Positions 37,778-49,886 of a stretch of DNA of 64,000 nucleotides are shown piece by piece. Below the pieces are notes generated by a model. The model saw nothing but the letters and a program-made list of their open reading frames with translations, had not been told where the DNA came from and made no database searches. The stretch is taken from positions 88,051 through 152,050 of the forward strand of contig NMRA01000128.1 in NCBI GenBank assembly GCA_002633005.1. Reading direction: 5' to 3'. Position 1 is the first letter of the stretch; each line of letters begins with the position of its first letter. The DNA comes from Phoronis australis. Lineage: Eukaryota > Animalia > Phoronida. The position numbers were made by a program, and so were the translations under genes.

Positions 37778-37886
37778 CATGGGCAGCGCACTATAGGGGG
37801 CTGCCTGTGGACATGGGTGGCGCACCATATAAGAGGCAGGGAAGCTATTATAAGTCCCCACTTATTTCAGTGCTGTGCCGCCCATC
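37778..37886 (-). mobile_element. Tiny composite MITE family D with 5-bp TSD ATTTG
   Basis: catgggcagcgca...tgtgccgcccatc, flanked by atttg at 37773-37777 and 37887-37891. Confidence 0.75.
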
Positions 37887-38496
37887 ATTTGCCATCACGT
37901 TCAAATTACAACGTGAAGTAAACAGACAGAAGTCGGAATTGTTCAGCAGATACGGGGCAAAATAGGCAAAATTCACACCACCAGTCCATGCGGACATCTG
38001 CGTCCTATGGTTGTTCGCCAGTGAGAGGAATAATTGAGTTAGACAATGTACGTACGTACATTTACGTGGGAAATTAGCATAAGGAGAATAACTGTCATTA
38101 CGCGACTTGGCATGTAGCCAAGTGTCGAGCACTGAAAATATTAAAAAATTCTCCAAGCTGGTGATCGCTTACAATATCTTAACGGGATATGAATAAGGGT
38201 TATGTTAATTTAACACCCAGTATGATGAAAACCGAAAAGTAAATACTGATTTTTGTACAGACATATAAGTATTATCCTTCCATATATATATACCTTTTGT
38301 TTTCATGAACTGCCTACATGGTTGGTAGATGATTCAAATAGCCTATTAAGATTAAAAGGTGCCAATACATCAAGCCCTGTCTGTCCAATGTAAACAGATG
38401 AACCAAAATTCCAACCAGTAGCTGAATGGCTTATAAATCATAGATATCTTTAGCTAAGTAACTAGAGCTAATAAATGATAATAAAGTTGAAGCTAG

Positions 38497-38662
38497 AGTT
38501 ACCCTATACATGGCCCTGCCACCAGATGTTAAACACCACTGACCTGAAGATAGAAGTTACACTCTATATATCTGGCCCTGCCACCGATTTTAAACACCAA
38601 CTGAATAAAGACATTACCCCATACACCTGGCCCAGCCACCAGATGTTTGTAAACACCAATGA
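38497..38662. repeat. Diverged tandem repeat of about 58 bp, 3 copies
   Basis: The block ttac...tata.a..tggccc.gccacc.gat.t..taaacacca recurs three times. Confidence 0.75.
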
Positions 38663-39286
38663 ATGTATAAGCAAATGACTAAAGACTATACACCAGTTCT
38701 TAAACAACACCATTATTTTGAAATAGTACATTAGAGAACAACGGCAAAATGCTAACGACAAAATATTGACGACAAAAGTACAGGCATTCTAATTGCTCTG
38801 ATGGAAATTCAACTTCATCAACTTACATTTAAAACAGTTTTAAGTGGTTTCTTAACTAGAGTCACTCGGACCATTTAAAAATATTGCCCCATGATTTGCA
38901 GTATTGCCAAAAGGTGTCCCTGATTTGTGAATGAACCTTGCCTTGACATACCAGTTCACCCAGAGTTAGGTGCAAGTACCCACCTGGGCTCAGAGTTAGG
39001 TGAAAGTACTCGGGCTAATGACCAAGTTACACATTAGATAAGGTTAAACTTGCAGTTCTGCAGCTGCCAAGAAACGAAAAATAAATTAAGCAACTTAAGC
39101 TCATAAAATCAGTCTCATAATATTCCTTACTGTGATTGGATGTTCCATTAACAACGACAACATCAAAAGCATCAGTGGCTGAAGAAAATGCTTTTAAATC
39201 AGAGTTTATTAGGAAAGTCAACCTTGAAAAATGGGAATTCGAAAATTGCAAATGTACGTATTGCCCAAGACTCAAATTGCTGAATC

Positions 39287-42200
39287 ATTTGGCAGCAATT
39301 CAGAACTGAATAATCTAAGTAATGTTTTTAAGCCCCAAAGCGCTTCAGTAAAGTATTCAACATTGATTGCTAAAATGAGCTGGGAAATCACACTTCTACT
39401 TTGATATTTATTTGTCTGAATACCCACATGTTTGTAAGTGTGACACTGCATAGACACCCTGCAGAAATAACAGGATATTAATTCTTCCACAGATCAATGA
39501 TTTATCAAAAAGAAAACTTCACCCATGACGCCGATGATATCCAGAGGTGCGGCCAGACAAATCCAGACATGTAGATAACAACTTTTGATTAGGATTCGCA
39601 CTTGTACTTTTTTTACAGATGACTCTCCGGATAATTGATTCATCTTCAATTGACAGTCCCAGTTCACCCTGGTAGATAAATGTCTAGTACAACTGAGAAG
39701 TTGGGTATGTAACTCTCTTCTCTCTATTCTGAACTGTGTTGGACAAGCAGAGACAGGATACATTACGCTCATCAGGTTTCCAAAACTTCCTGGTGTCACT
39801 TTGGCATTAGATGAGAATGCAAAATTTTTTTAAAAAGTGATGAACAATTGATCAAACATCTCAAATTTCTGGTTGTCCTGAGCATTGTAAATCACTATGC
39901 AACAATGACCGTTGATGTCAAGATGATCATAGTCAAAATAATAAACAGTGATTTGCACTGCATCATAGCAAAATAACAGGATGATAAACCCTAGTCTCTG
40001 TATATTCAAAAAATGGCATATTTTTCACCTGTTTATACCCCCAAACATACACCCAGGCTTATAATCAGAAAAAGCACTGATAAACGAAAAATGTGTAAAC
40101 AAAACGGCACTGAACTGGAGAAAAAGTTGCATAGTCATCGACAGCAGCGATATTGACATAGAAGAAGAACTTAAGTGTATCAATGATACAGTTCAGTTTA
40201 TTTTAGAGATTAAGTATAAATAAATGCTGAAATAAATTCTGGCTTTCTCGTTGGCTCCGACGCTTCAGTGTTAGTCAAGTTTCGGTCAATCAAGGAACTT
40301 TGGTCTTGTATTGAAGTTAACAGCACGAGTTTAATTGCGCTTCGCTACACTGGGAACGCTCAACTTCCGAAGTGATGCCACCAGTCATCGGTAGGGGTCC
40401 CTGCATTTGCCAACAGCAGGAGGTGATTGGTTAACATTTTTCAATATTTTGTTCTAATAGCTAGTTTGGTAGTATAAGCATTCAGTTTCAACTTATTTGT
40501 GCACTTGCTGGATTTTTACATTACCAAAGAAATCCTTGAATTTACGAGAAACGAGAGTTCCCGCCATATGCCACACCCGGTCGCCTTTATTCAGATCAAC
40601 TCTTACTCAACCACCTTGGGATAACTATGCTGAATATATAGTTGCATTAGAAAACTCAGCTGTTCAGTAGTATCTTGTAGTTGGACAATGCTTCTCCACA
40701 TCAACCGGTGGCCAGGGGGGGAGGGGGGGAAGCCAGTGTCACCATTTGCCTGACACAGCGCAACTGACACGGCATAAGATGATCAGCGTCAAGAACCTGC
40801 TTACATACACACCACAACTCCGAAACGCTGGCAAGGCGGAAGTTGTAAGCAGAAATGTGGAGTGCTCATGCACAATGATGCAAATTGCGGGAGTCGCAGC
40901 TGATTATTATAGTTGTTGTTATGGTGCTCTAATTTCCCCATGGGTATGTAATTTGTGACACTGAGATTCGCTTCAAAGATTTTTTTTTGATCAGCTGATT
41001 ACATATATTACCAAGAATTTGAATTGAACCCAGTCTTGACTGTAACTGTGCGTAATATCCTGACAATTTCCTAACCAGAGTTAAAGTTAGAGGACATGGT
41101 ACTGAACAGTTGACAGGCAAATCGTAAAAATTGCACGAAAATGATCACCTGTATATATGTCTGTTTTTTGCCTAAGTGCAATAGAGATGATTCCTTTTGC
41201 CTTCANATTTGGCAGCAATTCAGAACTGAATAATCTAAGTAATGTTTTTAAACCCCAAAGCGCTTCAGTAAAGTATTCAACATTGACTGCTAAAATGAGC
41301 TAGAAAATCACACTTCAACTTCAATATGTATTTGTCTGAATACCCACATGTTTGTAAGTGTGACACTGCATAGACACCCTGCAGAAATAACAGGATATTA
41401 ATTCTTCCACAGATCAATGATTTATCAAAAAGAAAACTTCACCCATGACGCCGATGATATCCAGAGGTGCGGCCAGACAAATCCAGACATGTAGATAACA
41501 ACTTTTGATTAGGATTCGCACTTGTACTTTTTTACAGATGACTCTCCGGATAATTGATTGATCTTAAATTGACAGTCCCAGTTCACCCTGGTAGATAAAT
41601 GTCTAGTACAACCGACTTTATAGGAGAAGTTAGGTATGTAACTCTCTTTTCTCTATTCTGAACTTTGTTGGACAAGCAGAGACAGGATACATTACACTCA
41701 TCAGGTTTCTAAAACTTCCTGATGTCACTTTGGCATTAGATGAGAATGCAAATTTTTTTTAAAAAGTGATGAACAATTGATCAAACTTCTCAAATTTCTG
41801 GGTGTCCTGAGCATTGTAAATCACTATGCAACAATGACCGTTGTTGTCAAGATGATGACAATCAAAATAATAAACAGTGATTCGCACTGCATCATAGCAC
41901 AATAACAGGATGATAAGCCCTAGTCTCTGTATATTCAAAAAATGGCATATTTTTCACCTTTTTATACCCCCAAACATACACCCAGGCTTATAATCAGAAA
42001 AAGCACTGATAAACGAAAAATGTGTCAACAAAACGGCACTGAACTGGAGAAAAAGTTGCATAGTCATCGACAGCAGCGATATTGACATAGAAGAAGAACT
42101 TAATGTATCAATGATACTGTTCAGTTTATTTTAGAGATTAAGTATAAATAAATGCTGAAATAAATTCTGGCTTTCTCGTTGGCTCCAACGCTTCAGTGTT

Positions 42201-43149
42201 AGTCAAGTTTCGGTCAATCAAGGAACTTTGGTCTTGTATTGAAGTTAACAGCACGAGTTTAGTTGTGCTTCGCTACACTGGGAACGCTCAACTTCCGAAG
42301 TGATGCCACCAGTCATCAGCAGGGGTCCCTGCATTTGCCAACAGCAGGAGGTGATTGGTTAACATTTTTCAATATTTTGTTCTAATAGTTAGTTTGGTAG
42401 TATAAGCATTCTGTTTCAACTTATTTGTGCACTTGCTGGATTTTTACATTACCAAAGAAATCCTTGAATTTACGAAAAATGAGTTCCCGCCATACGCCAC
42501 ACCCGGTCGCCTTTATTCAGATCAACTCTTACTCAGCCACCTTGAGATAACTATGCTGAATATATAGTTGCATTAGAACACTCAGCTGTTCAGTAGTATC
42601 TTGTAGTTGGACAATGCTTCTCCACATCAACCGGTGGCCAGGGGGGGAGGGGGGAAGCCAGTGTCACCATTTGGCTGACACAGCGCAACTGACACGGCGC
42701 AACTGACACAGCATAAGATGATCAGCGTCAAGAACCTGCTTACATACACACCATAACTCCGAAACGCTGGCAAGGCAGAAGTTGTAAGCAGAAATGTGGA
42801 GTGCTCATGCACAATGATGCAAATTGCGGGAGTCGCAGCTGATTATTATAGTTGTTGTTGTTGTTATGGTGCTCTAATTCCCCCATGGGTATGTAATTTG
42901 TGACACTGAGATTCGCCTCAAAGATTTTTTTTGATCAGCTGATTACATATATTACCAAGAATTTGAATTGAACCCAGTCTTGACTGTAACTGTGCGTAAT
43001 ATCCTGACAATTTCCTAACCAGAGTTAAAGTTAGAGGACATGGTACTGAACAGCTGACAGGCAAATCGTAAAAATTGCACGAAAATGATCACCTGTATAT
43101 ATGTCTGTTTTTTGCCTAAGTGCAATAGAGATGATTCCTTTTGCCTTCA
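39287..43149. other. Direct duplication of about 1.9 kb across an N join (39287-41205 vs 41207-43149), probably two alleles
   Basis: The copies abut exactly at N 41206 and differ by SNPs and small indels. Confidence 0.85.
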
Positions 43150-43504
43150 CTTGTCTCAGTTTGGCGTTTAGACATATAGTTGACATGGATCAAGATGATC
43201 AGCCGCAAGTTACCCTCAACCTCACATACTGATGAGAAAAGTTGTCACTGTGGTGTCAACCATCAATCCTGTTTACACACATACTTGTGCTCAATCATCT
43301 GCTCAATCATCTCAATCATCTGCTCAATAATCTCATTCCCTGTCAGCTGATTGGTGTCAATTTTTGTAGTGTAAACAGGCACTTGTATATCACCAAAGTT
43401 GATCTAAGTTCCTATTGTATTGCACCAGCCAACTGTATCACCCAGTGTCTTCATGGCAATAAAATACTGGCTGAAATGAATTGAAATGCTAAGGGCAAAC
43501 ACAG

Positions 43505-44060
43505 GTAATTACTTGGCGGAATTCTTTGAATTCCGACAAATATGTTGCTCTGTCGTCAAGTTTTTTTTTGTTCGCACTGTACAGATCGCAATTTTTGTCC
43601 GGTTCGCACAAAATTTGCACACGACGTGTAAATCGGAAAGTCCTGAAAACCTATTGTTTTTGGTCATGATCGAATTAAAAATGGCGGAGGTGGCGGCCAT
43701 TTTGTTTCCGATTTCAGAGTCAAATGCTCATAGAGGCCGCATTTTTCGGCGTACAGGGCTGAAACATGGTATGATTATTATAGAGCACATGTGCTACAAG
43801 TGTGTCGAAAATCGTTGACTTCCGGTCAAAGATTGCGGAACTATTGGAAGTGGCACATGCGCACCTCGATATCTGGCCGAAAACGTTTTCTCCTGTAGAG
43901 GGCGAATCAGCGAACCAATCATTTTCAAACTGGTCACGTGTTTGTTGCTATTAATCAGCTTTTATAAAATTTTGTGTAACCGGAAGTCACTTTCAAGATG
44001 GCGACTCTGGCGCATTTTCACTCATTTTCAATTGTTCTGCTGTCGCATTTTTTACGGGAA
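43505..44060. mobile_element. Probable second HINE/DINE-like element (opposite orientation, different family)
   Basis: Terminal hairpin ttggcggaattc-ttt-gaattccgacaa (43513-43539) and a CpG-rich body with aaaatttgcacac and aaaatggcg...gccattttg motifs. The right boundary is approximate. Confidence 0.5.
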
Positions 44061-47000
44061 GAGCAAATGACGTGAATTTTTGCATGTGGATTCCTTTAAG
44101 TATGCTCTTTCATTTTTAAATGTGTTTAGCTTCTGAAGTTGAATTCCTTGTGAAAAGTTAGTCCAGCTAGGTTCCTTCTTTCACGGAACAACTATGATAA
44201 AAACTGGCCAAAACCCTGTCATGGGTTTTGAATGAATGCGTGTTTACATCAAAAGTGGAACTTGCACGCTAATTACTTCTCTGTGACTGCTTGAACAAAT
44301 TAGTTAGAAACACAACATATAGCAAAGATGTGAATGTGAAGTAGGTTGAAAAATGTTGAATGTTTTTAAGAATGAGCTTTGTGTCGACGGAAAATGACTC
44401 AATCGTAAAAACTGTATCTGGTAAGCATCGTGACCTAGTGTTGGGGAATAACATTGTATGATGCGGGTTGTGTGAGCCCCCAGGGTACATCGATAGTACA
44501 AAGGTCACCTGGTTGCATATTTTTTGTTTTCACATGCACAAGCTGTCATTCAATACAACTGAACTTTGTTTCATGTAGATGGTGTTCAAATAGCATTGTC
44601 TCCTGCTGCACATTAATCAGCATAGTTAGGAGCATGCAAATACATCTTTTTGTATTTGTTCAGCATGTCAGATAATTAGCCTTTGCATCATGACAACCCA
44701 CAAAAGACTGAGTCTGGCATTAACAAAGGAAGGATTGATACCAGGCTTCTGAAAACTCCTCAGGTACACTATGGAATACGGACTAAAAGGGACTAAACGG
44801 CAGGAAGTTATTATATGTCTGAACTTTCCAAACTGATGGGAACCGCTCAACTTTGCAGTTAACCACTTGTAACATCAAAGCTTCGATGGTAGCAGAGTTA
44901 ACTGTACAGGAAAGGCCCTTAATGGACACTCCGTCGCACCCATTGACATCGTTCCTAGGAGGAACAGCTATGGACGTTTAGTCAAAAAACATTACAAATA
45001 TAGCCCCATGGGACTTTATTGGGGGTGCTGGAAAATCCCAGAAGAGAGACCTGTAAAAATTGCACATTTTACATAAAAACAGATTCCTATTATACTTCAC
45101 TTTATTCAGAATCTCAACAACTTTCATTATACAAATTAAGATACATCAGAGATAAGCAGACATAAATTAAATGACGGTGCACATGTTAATTTGAATTACT
45201 TATTTAGAATACCAGTGCCCAGACTTTTAATTTTACTCAAATCATACATAACCAACCTGATTTAGTAATTAACTAAACTTCTTTTCACGCGCAATTCTAC
45301 ATTGAACCAGACCAGTAGGCCCTACTCAGGTCTCCTTTTTAATTGTGGACGACTTAAACAAGGTTAGGATATTTTTATCTGTGATTAAATCACACCTTAA
45401 TCACATCAGAAACAGGTTAATCAAACCAAACAGGTCTTCCCACAGCTTCATTCTTCAGCTGTTGGGTATTTTCACTGCTAATGGTTCCTATCTGCCAGAG
45501 TTAGACAAATTAATAAATTAATGAGTGACAATTAATCATTTTAAATTTGTAACTCAACCTAAGCATCACAGCAACATGGACATGAAGGAAATAACTTGGT
45601 GACGACAAGCTTCGAACTTCAGGGTGATGTGCTCATGACCTCATTTCAAACTAATGAAAACCCAAAATAGTTGTCCTGAATCATGACATAGCAAGCGCTC
45701 ATGTAAATAATGTAAGCGGCATATTTTCAACTGGTATCAACTGTCACCTGATAACCAGAAAGTAACACATGGATTGACTGGCAACATCTGAGTTAGCCAT
45801 GAGTATCTGATTGGTATCATGATATCAGACTCTCTAATTTATTGAAAATGTGATCATCCTGAGCAAGAGATTCACAACACTACCTCAAACTATGAAAGAT
45901 GTTCGGTTTAAATAGTGTCAAATTTCTGTCACCTTTAGAGAATATCATACACCAGGCATTCATGAACTGGAATACAACCAAAAAACGAAACCCATTTACA
46001 CACACAAATACCTAATAACATAGTAAAAAAATAACAATGCATAAAAACATGTATACTGGTGTAGTTTAAGCTTGTAGTTGATACAATAAACAGCAGTTTC
46101 ATGACTGAACTGGCAGGGGACATATTCCCAGAGTCATTAGCAACAACACAAGGTTTGAGCATCACATCCAACAATGTGGTGTTAAAGTCCTTGTTGCAAA
46201 CTGCCCATGTGGTTCAAGTATCCAAAAATACTTACTACATAAAATCTTTTTTCGACACCCTTTCTTTACATTCTTTTCGCCTTTCTTGCCAAAAGCGATT
46301 TTTCAACCGTATTTGACCCTTTTCTCTGAGCGTATGATTACCGGTTGTCATCGGTTATTTCCGTACCCACATTTCCGGCTCATTATTTCAGGAACTTGTC
46401 CTGAGCGCCGCCATTTTTTCCTTGTAACTGAATGTGCTATGGCTTGCTCGAAAAGTCTTCATTATATTGTTTTATTAGTAATATATCGTGATTCGTTTGC
46501 ATATGTAGTGTATTTATAGTTTGTAGTTTGTGGTCATTGATTTTTATTGGAATGTTACGCGTACTTAATATGTTAAAATAGCATTGGTGTTTAATTCCTT
46601 ACGTAGGCCGGTCGAACCTAGGAACCAATATGGGTCGAACCTATTTTTTCAGTTTTAGTTTTTTCGTTTTGAAAAAGTACTTTGCTATCATCGGAAAGGT
46701 AGTACATTCTACTCAGTAAAAATCGAAAAAGTATCAAAATCGGGGCAAGCACTGTAAAGTTATTGTGGCGAAATTTGGGTCACTTTGTTTGGATCGCGTC
46801 GGCCATATTGGAGGACAGCGGGATGAGTTACGAGTTTAAAACTTTGTGTAAATTGTTTTCGCCAACAAATTACGGTGACATTTAGTTAGAAATAACTTTA
46901 CTTACTATTCTGCACGATTTAGCAGTGTTCACCAAATTTCAGCCTCGCAGTTGTTACTCATTAAGTGATAAATGTGCTCACAATTCCCGTTGGACTTCGT

Positions 47001-47203
47001 CTCATTTCTGGCGGCACCTACAATGTTGACTTTTGCTGAACTGAAAGGCATGTTCAATCGGCTACTTTGTAATTTGTGAAGATTTAACGTTGATACATTT
47101 TGACAAACGTTGCTACAAAAAAGAAACTTTGTTCAATTTTCGTGTTTTTTGTGTTTGTGGCCAGCGACCAGTTAGGCCTAAGGGTAGTCTTGGCGCAAAG
47201 CTG

Positions 47204-47354
47204 CCTCCCGTTCAGTAACGCTAGGACCTCGCTAAAAAGCAAGACTTCGCGAGAATACGTGAGATTTCGCCGTGTATTTTGAATAAGAACACGTGACTTT
47301 GACTAGGTTTTAGCTAGGTCCTAGCGTAGGTCCTAGCGTCTACTGAACGCACGC
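47204..47354. mobile_element. Harbinger-like MITE with CTG target duplication
   Basis: Inverted ends cgttcagta.acgctaggacct / aggtcctagcgtctactgaacg. CTG at 47201-47203 and 47355-47357. Confidence 0.65.
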
Positions 47355-49686
47355 CTGTATAGGCCTACTAACAAGCTGTATTTTGACTATAGTCTTCACT
47401 GGTTGCTGGTGACTGAGGCTAACTAAAGTCTGCCGCGGCAGTGTTACACAGGACTAACCAGCCCGTAATTTCATGCAAGTATCTGAAACTACCCTTGAAT
47501 ATATGCAGCATTTATCATTTGACCATTTTACTTCGACAAAACAGCTTGCAACCGCATGCATTTACCGTTCGCCAGTGTCTGGTCTCGATCCGCACCGGGT
47601 GCGATAGGCTGCAGTCCAGAGTCTGGCAAAATAATTTCTGTCAAAATTTATTCGCCACATTTCTTCAGCAAATTCGATAAAATTGTCCGTATTTTGGTTT
47701 TATTAAAATTAAGGCGCGCTGTTGATTATTTTATCCCCGTTTGCAGGCTGGTAACAGGCACTCACACTGACGGCGTTTTCTTAGCCTGGGTTCCTGAATG
47801 AATTGTACTTCCGGGTTCGCGGCAAGTTCAAAATGGCGGTGTTTCTTTGGGTGCGAATCGTGAGTGGCGCATTCATTTAAACTGTTTTCGAGTACGGATC
47901 GTGTATTAGTTATGGGGTAGGTACTTCTTGGATCCAACATCTTCTAACCATGTAATAAGGGTTAACAACGCGTGAGAGAAGGACTTTAATGTATACAACA
48001 CACAGAGTACACCAGAAATGTCAATCCTGAAGCCATCACAGAGGTTTCATCACATGACCGACAACAAGGGAACAGGGTCTATATGTATTTATTTTCACAC
48101 AAGCTCTGGAGAGGACAAGCTGGAATTGAAATGTTACAAGTCAGTTTCCAATAAAACCCTGTGCAAGATTACACAGCTCATGGCACCTGCACTGCACCAA
48201 TCACCACAAACTCTGTGGGCGAGGAGCCGATGACACACTTCTTGTAGCGCTAGACAACTGAACAATCTCCGCATCAAAATTTCAGATGAATTCCTAATAA
48301 ATGGCCGCCGCAACACCATCTTGTAGTCCACTCCAACCCAAAATTGCATTTCTCAACCTTTTCACAATTTAAGTGTTGTAAGTAAAGTTTATGTTGATGT
48401 GTACTGTAGCGTGAAAGACACTAAGTTATAATTTGCAGTAAAATAGTGGCTAAGACGCACCATTTGACAACTGTGAGTGAAGTGTCCTTCTGATGTGCTG
48501 CACTGTGGGTAAATATCACAGAGTCAGAGATTGCACTCTGGTATCGGATGCGTGCCTAAATATTGATTTCATTAATTGTGATGTATTCTGCAAATTCCTT
48601 TCTAATGCAATCAATTTGATTGAAATATATCAGTGTAGTACAGTGACTTGAGTTCACTGATTACTACAGCACACAACCCCTGAGCAAAAAATACAAAACA
48701 TGGTGTAAATTTGCACTGTTTTTTCTCGGCCTCATTTTCATTTCCACTAATCCACCGAAAAACTATAGTTGCACAAAATTTGAACTATTATTTTACACCA
48801 AAAGTATAGAAAATAAGTACAACTACTTGGTCTTGTAAAGAAAACAAAACTGGGGCGTTTCAGTTCACAGTCGATATTTTAAACATGACTCAGAGGTTTC
48901 CAAGAGTGGCCCAGACATTTTGCACAGCAAAATCCATTGTTTTTGTACTCGAGAATAGCTTATAGCCATCTGGTAAAATTTAACAGAAATCCAGGCTGGT
49001 AGCCTTATCAGTCAAATATATTTAAAATACTCAGATACTTGCCACATTGAATTTTAGCTCTAGCAAAAAGAGTAAAACTCGTCACTGTAGAGGTCGTGAG
49101 TTCAAATCCATCGGAAGGCTGATCTCAAATACACAATATTGTTGGCAGTAATGTCACTTTAAAAGCAATAATGCATTCACGCCATAGCAACACTTGTTTC
49201 TGTGTGCAAGCTGCACCTCTAAGAAAATTCATAAATTACCAGTACTTAGTGTTTTACAGAGAAGGTTAAATTAAATGATTTAAAGTCAATCAAAATTTCA
49301 TGACTCCTGCCACACTGTTAAGGTAAATTCTGTTTTGGACAAATATAAATGAAAAATTGACCTTTTTTATTTTTCAAAGATTTCTAACACTGTTGCACAT
49401 GCTCATAAATTCTGAAAACATAGTGGTAGCTGTGATACAGAGTTTGAACATAGAAAAATATCGCTTTGATGCAACATATCTTTCAAGCAGAAATGAAATT
49501 TTACTTGCCCGCCAATTGTGTCTCAAGCCGGTGAAAATTTAACATATACACTATATGTGTCTGGTTCAATTAATTTACTCAAATTTTCTTCATCCTTTAC
49601 AAATATAAAGAAGCCTGAACTACATGTTTCAGCATTTTATTATGAATTTTGAAAGTACAAAGGTTGATTTCTGACAAAAACGTTGT

Positions 49687-49886
49687 GAGTATGCGCAGGT
49701 TGATCTATTGACTGGAATACGTACTCACACGGCCAATGACCTACATCTTTTTGTGCTGTGCAGTCTCATTCCGTAAACCGCCACTACGAGCGCTGTTTTT
49801 CGTAAGCTCAATGAGGCTGTGCAGCACAAAGAGATATAGGTCATTGGCCGTGCAATTACATATTCCAGATCAACCTGAACATACTC
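49687..49886. mobile_element. Nested 200-bp foldback: 125-bp CAC...GTG MITE (49728-49852) inside an outer palindrome
   Basis: Inner TIRs of about 43 bp, cacggccaatgaccta / taggtcattggccgtg, with CA on both flanks. Outer arms gagtatg..caggttgatct / agatcaacctg..catactc. Confidence 0.75.

Noticed and set aside
39494-39799. 101-aa minus-strand ORF
   Set aside because: Disrupted by indels in the allelic copy and has no recognisable domain.
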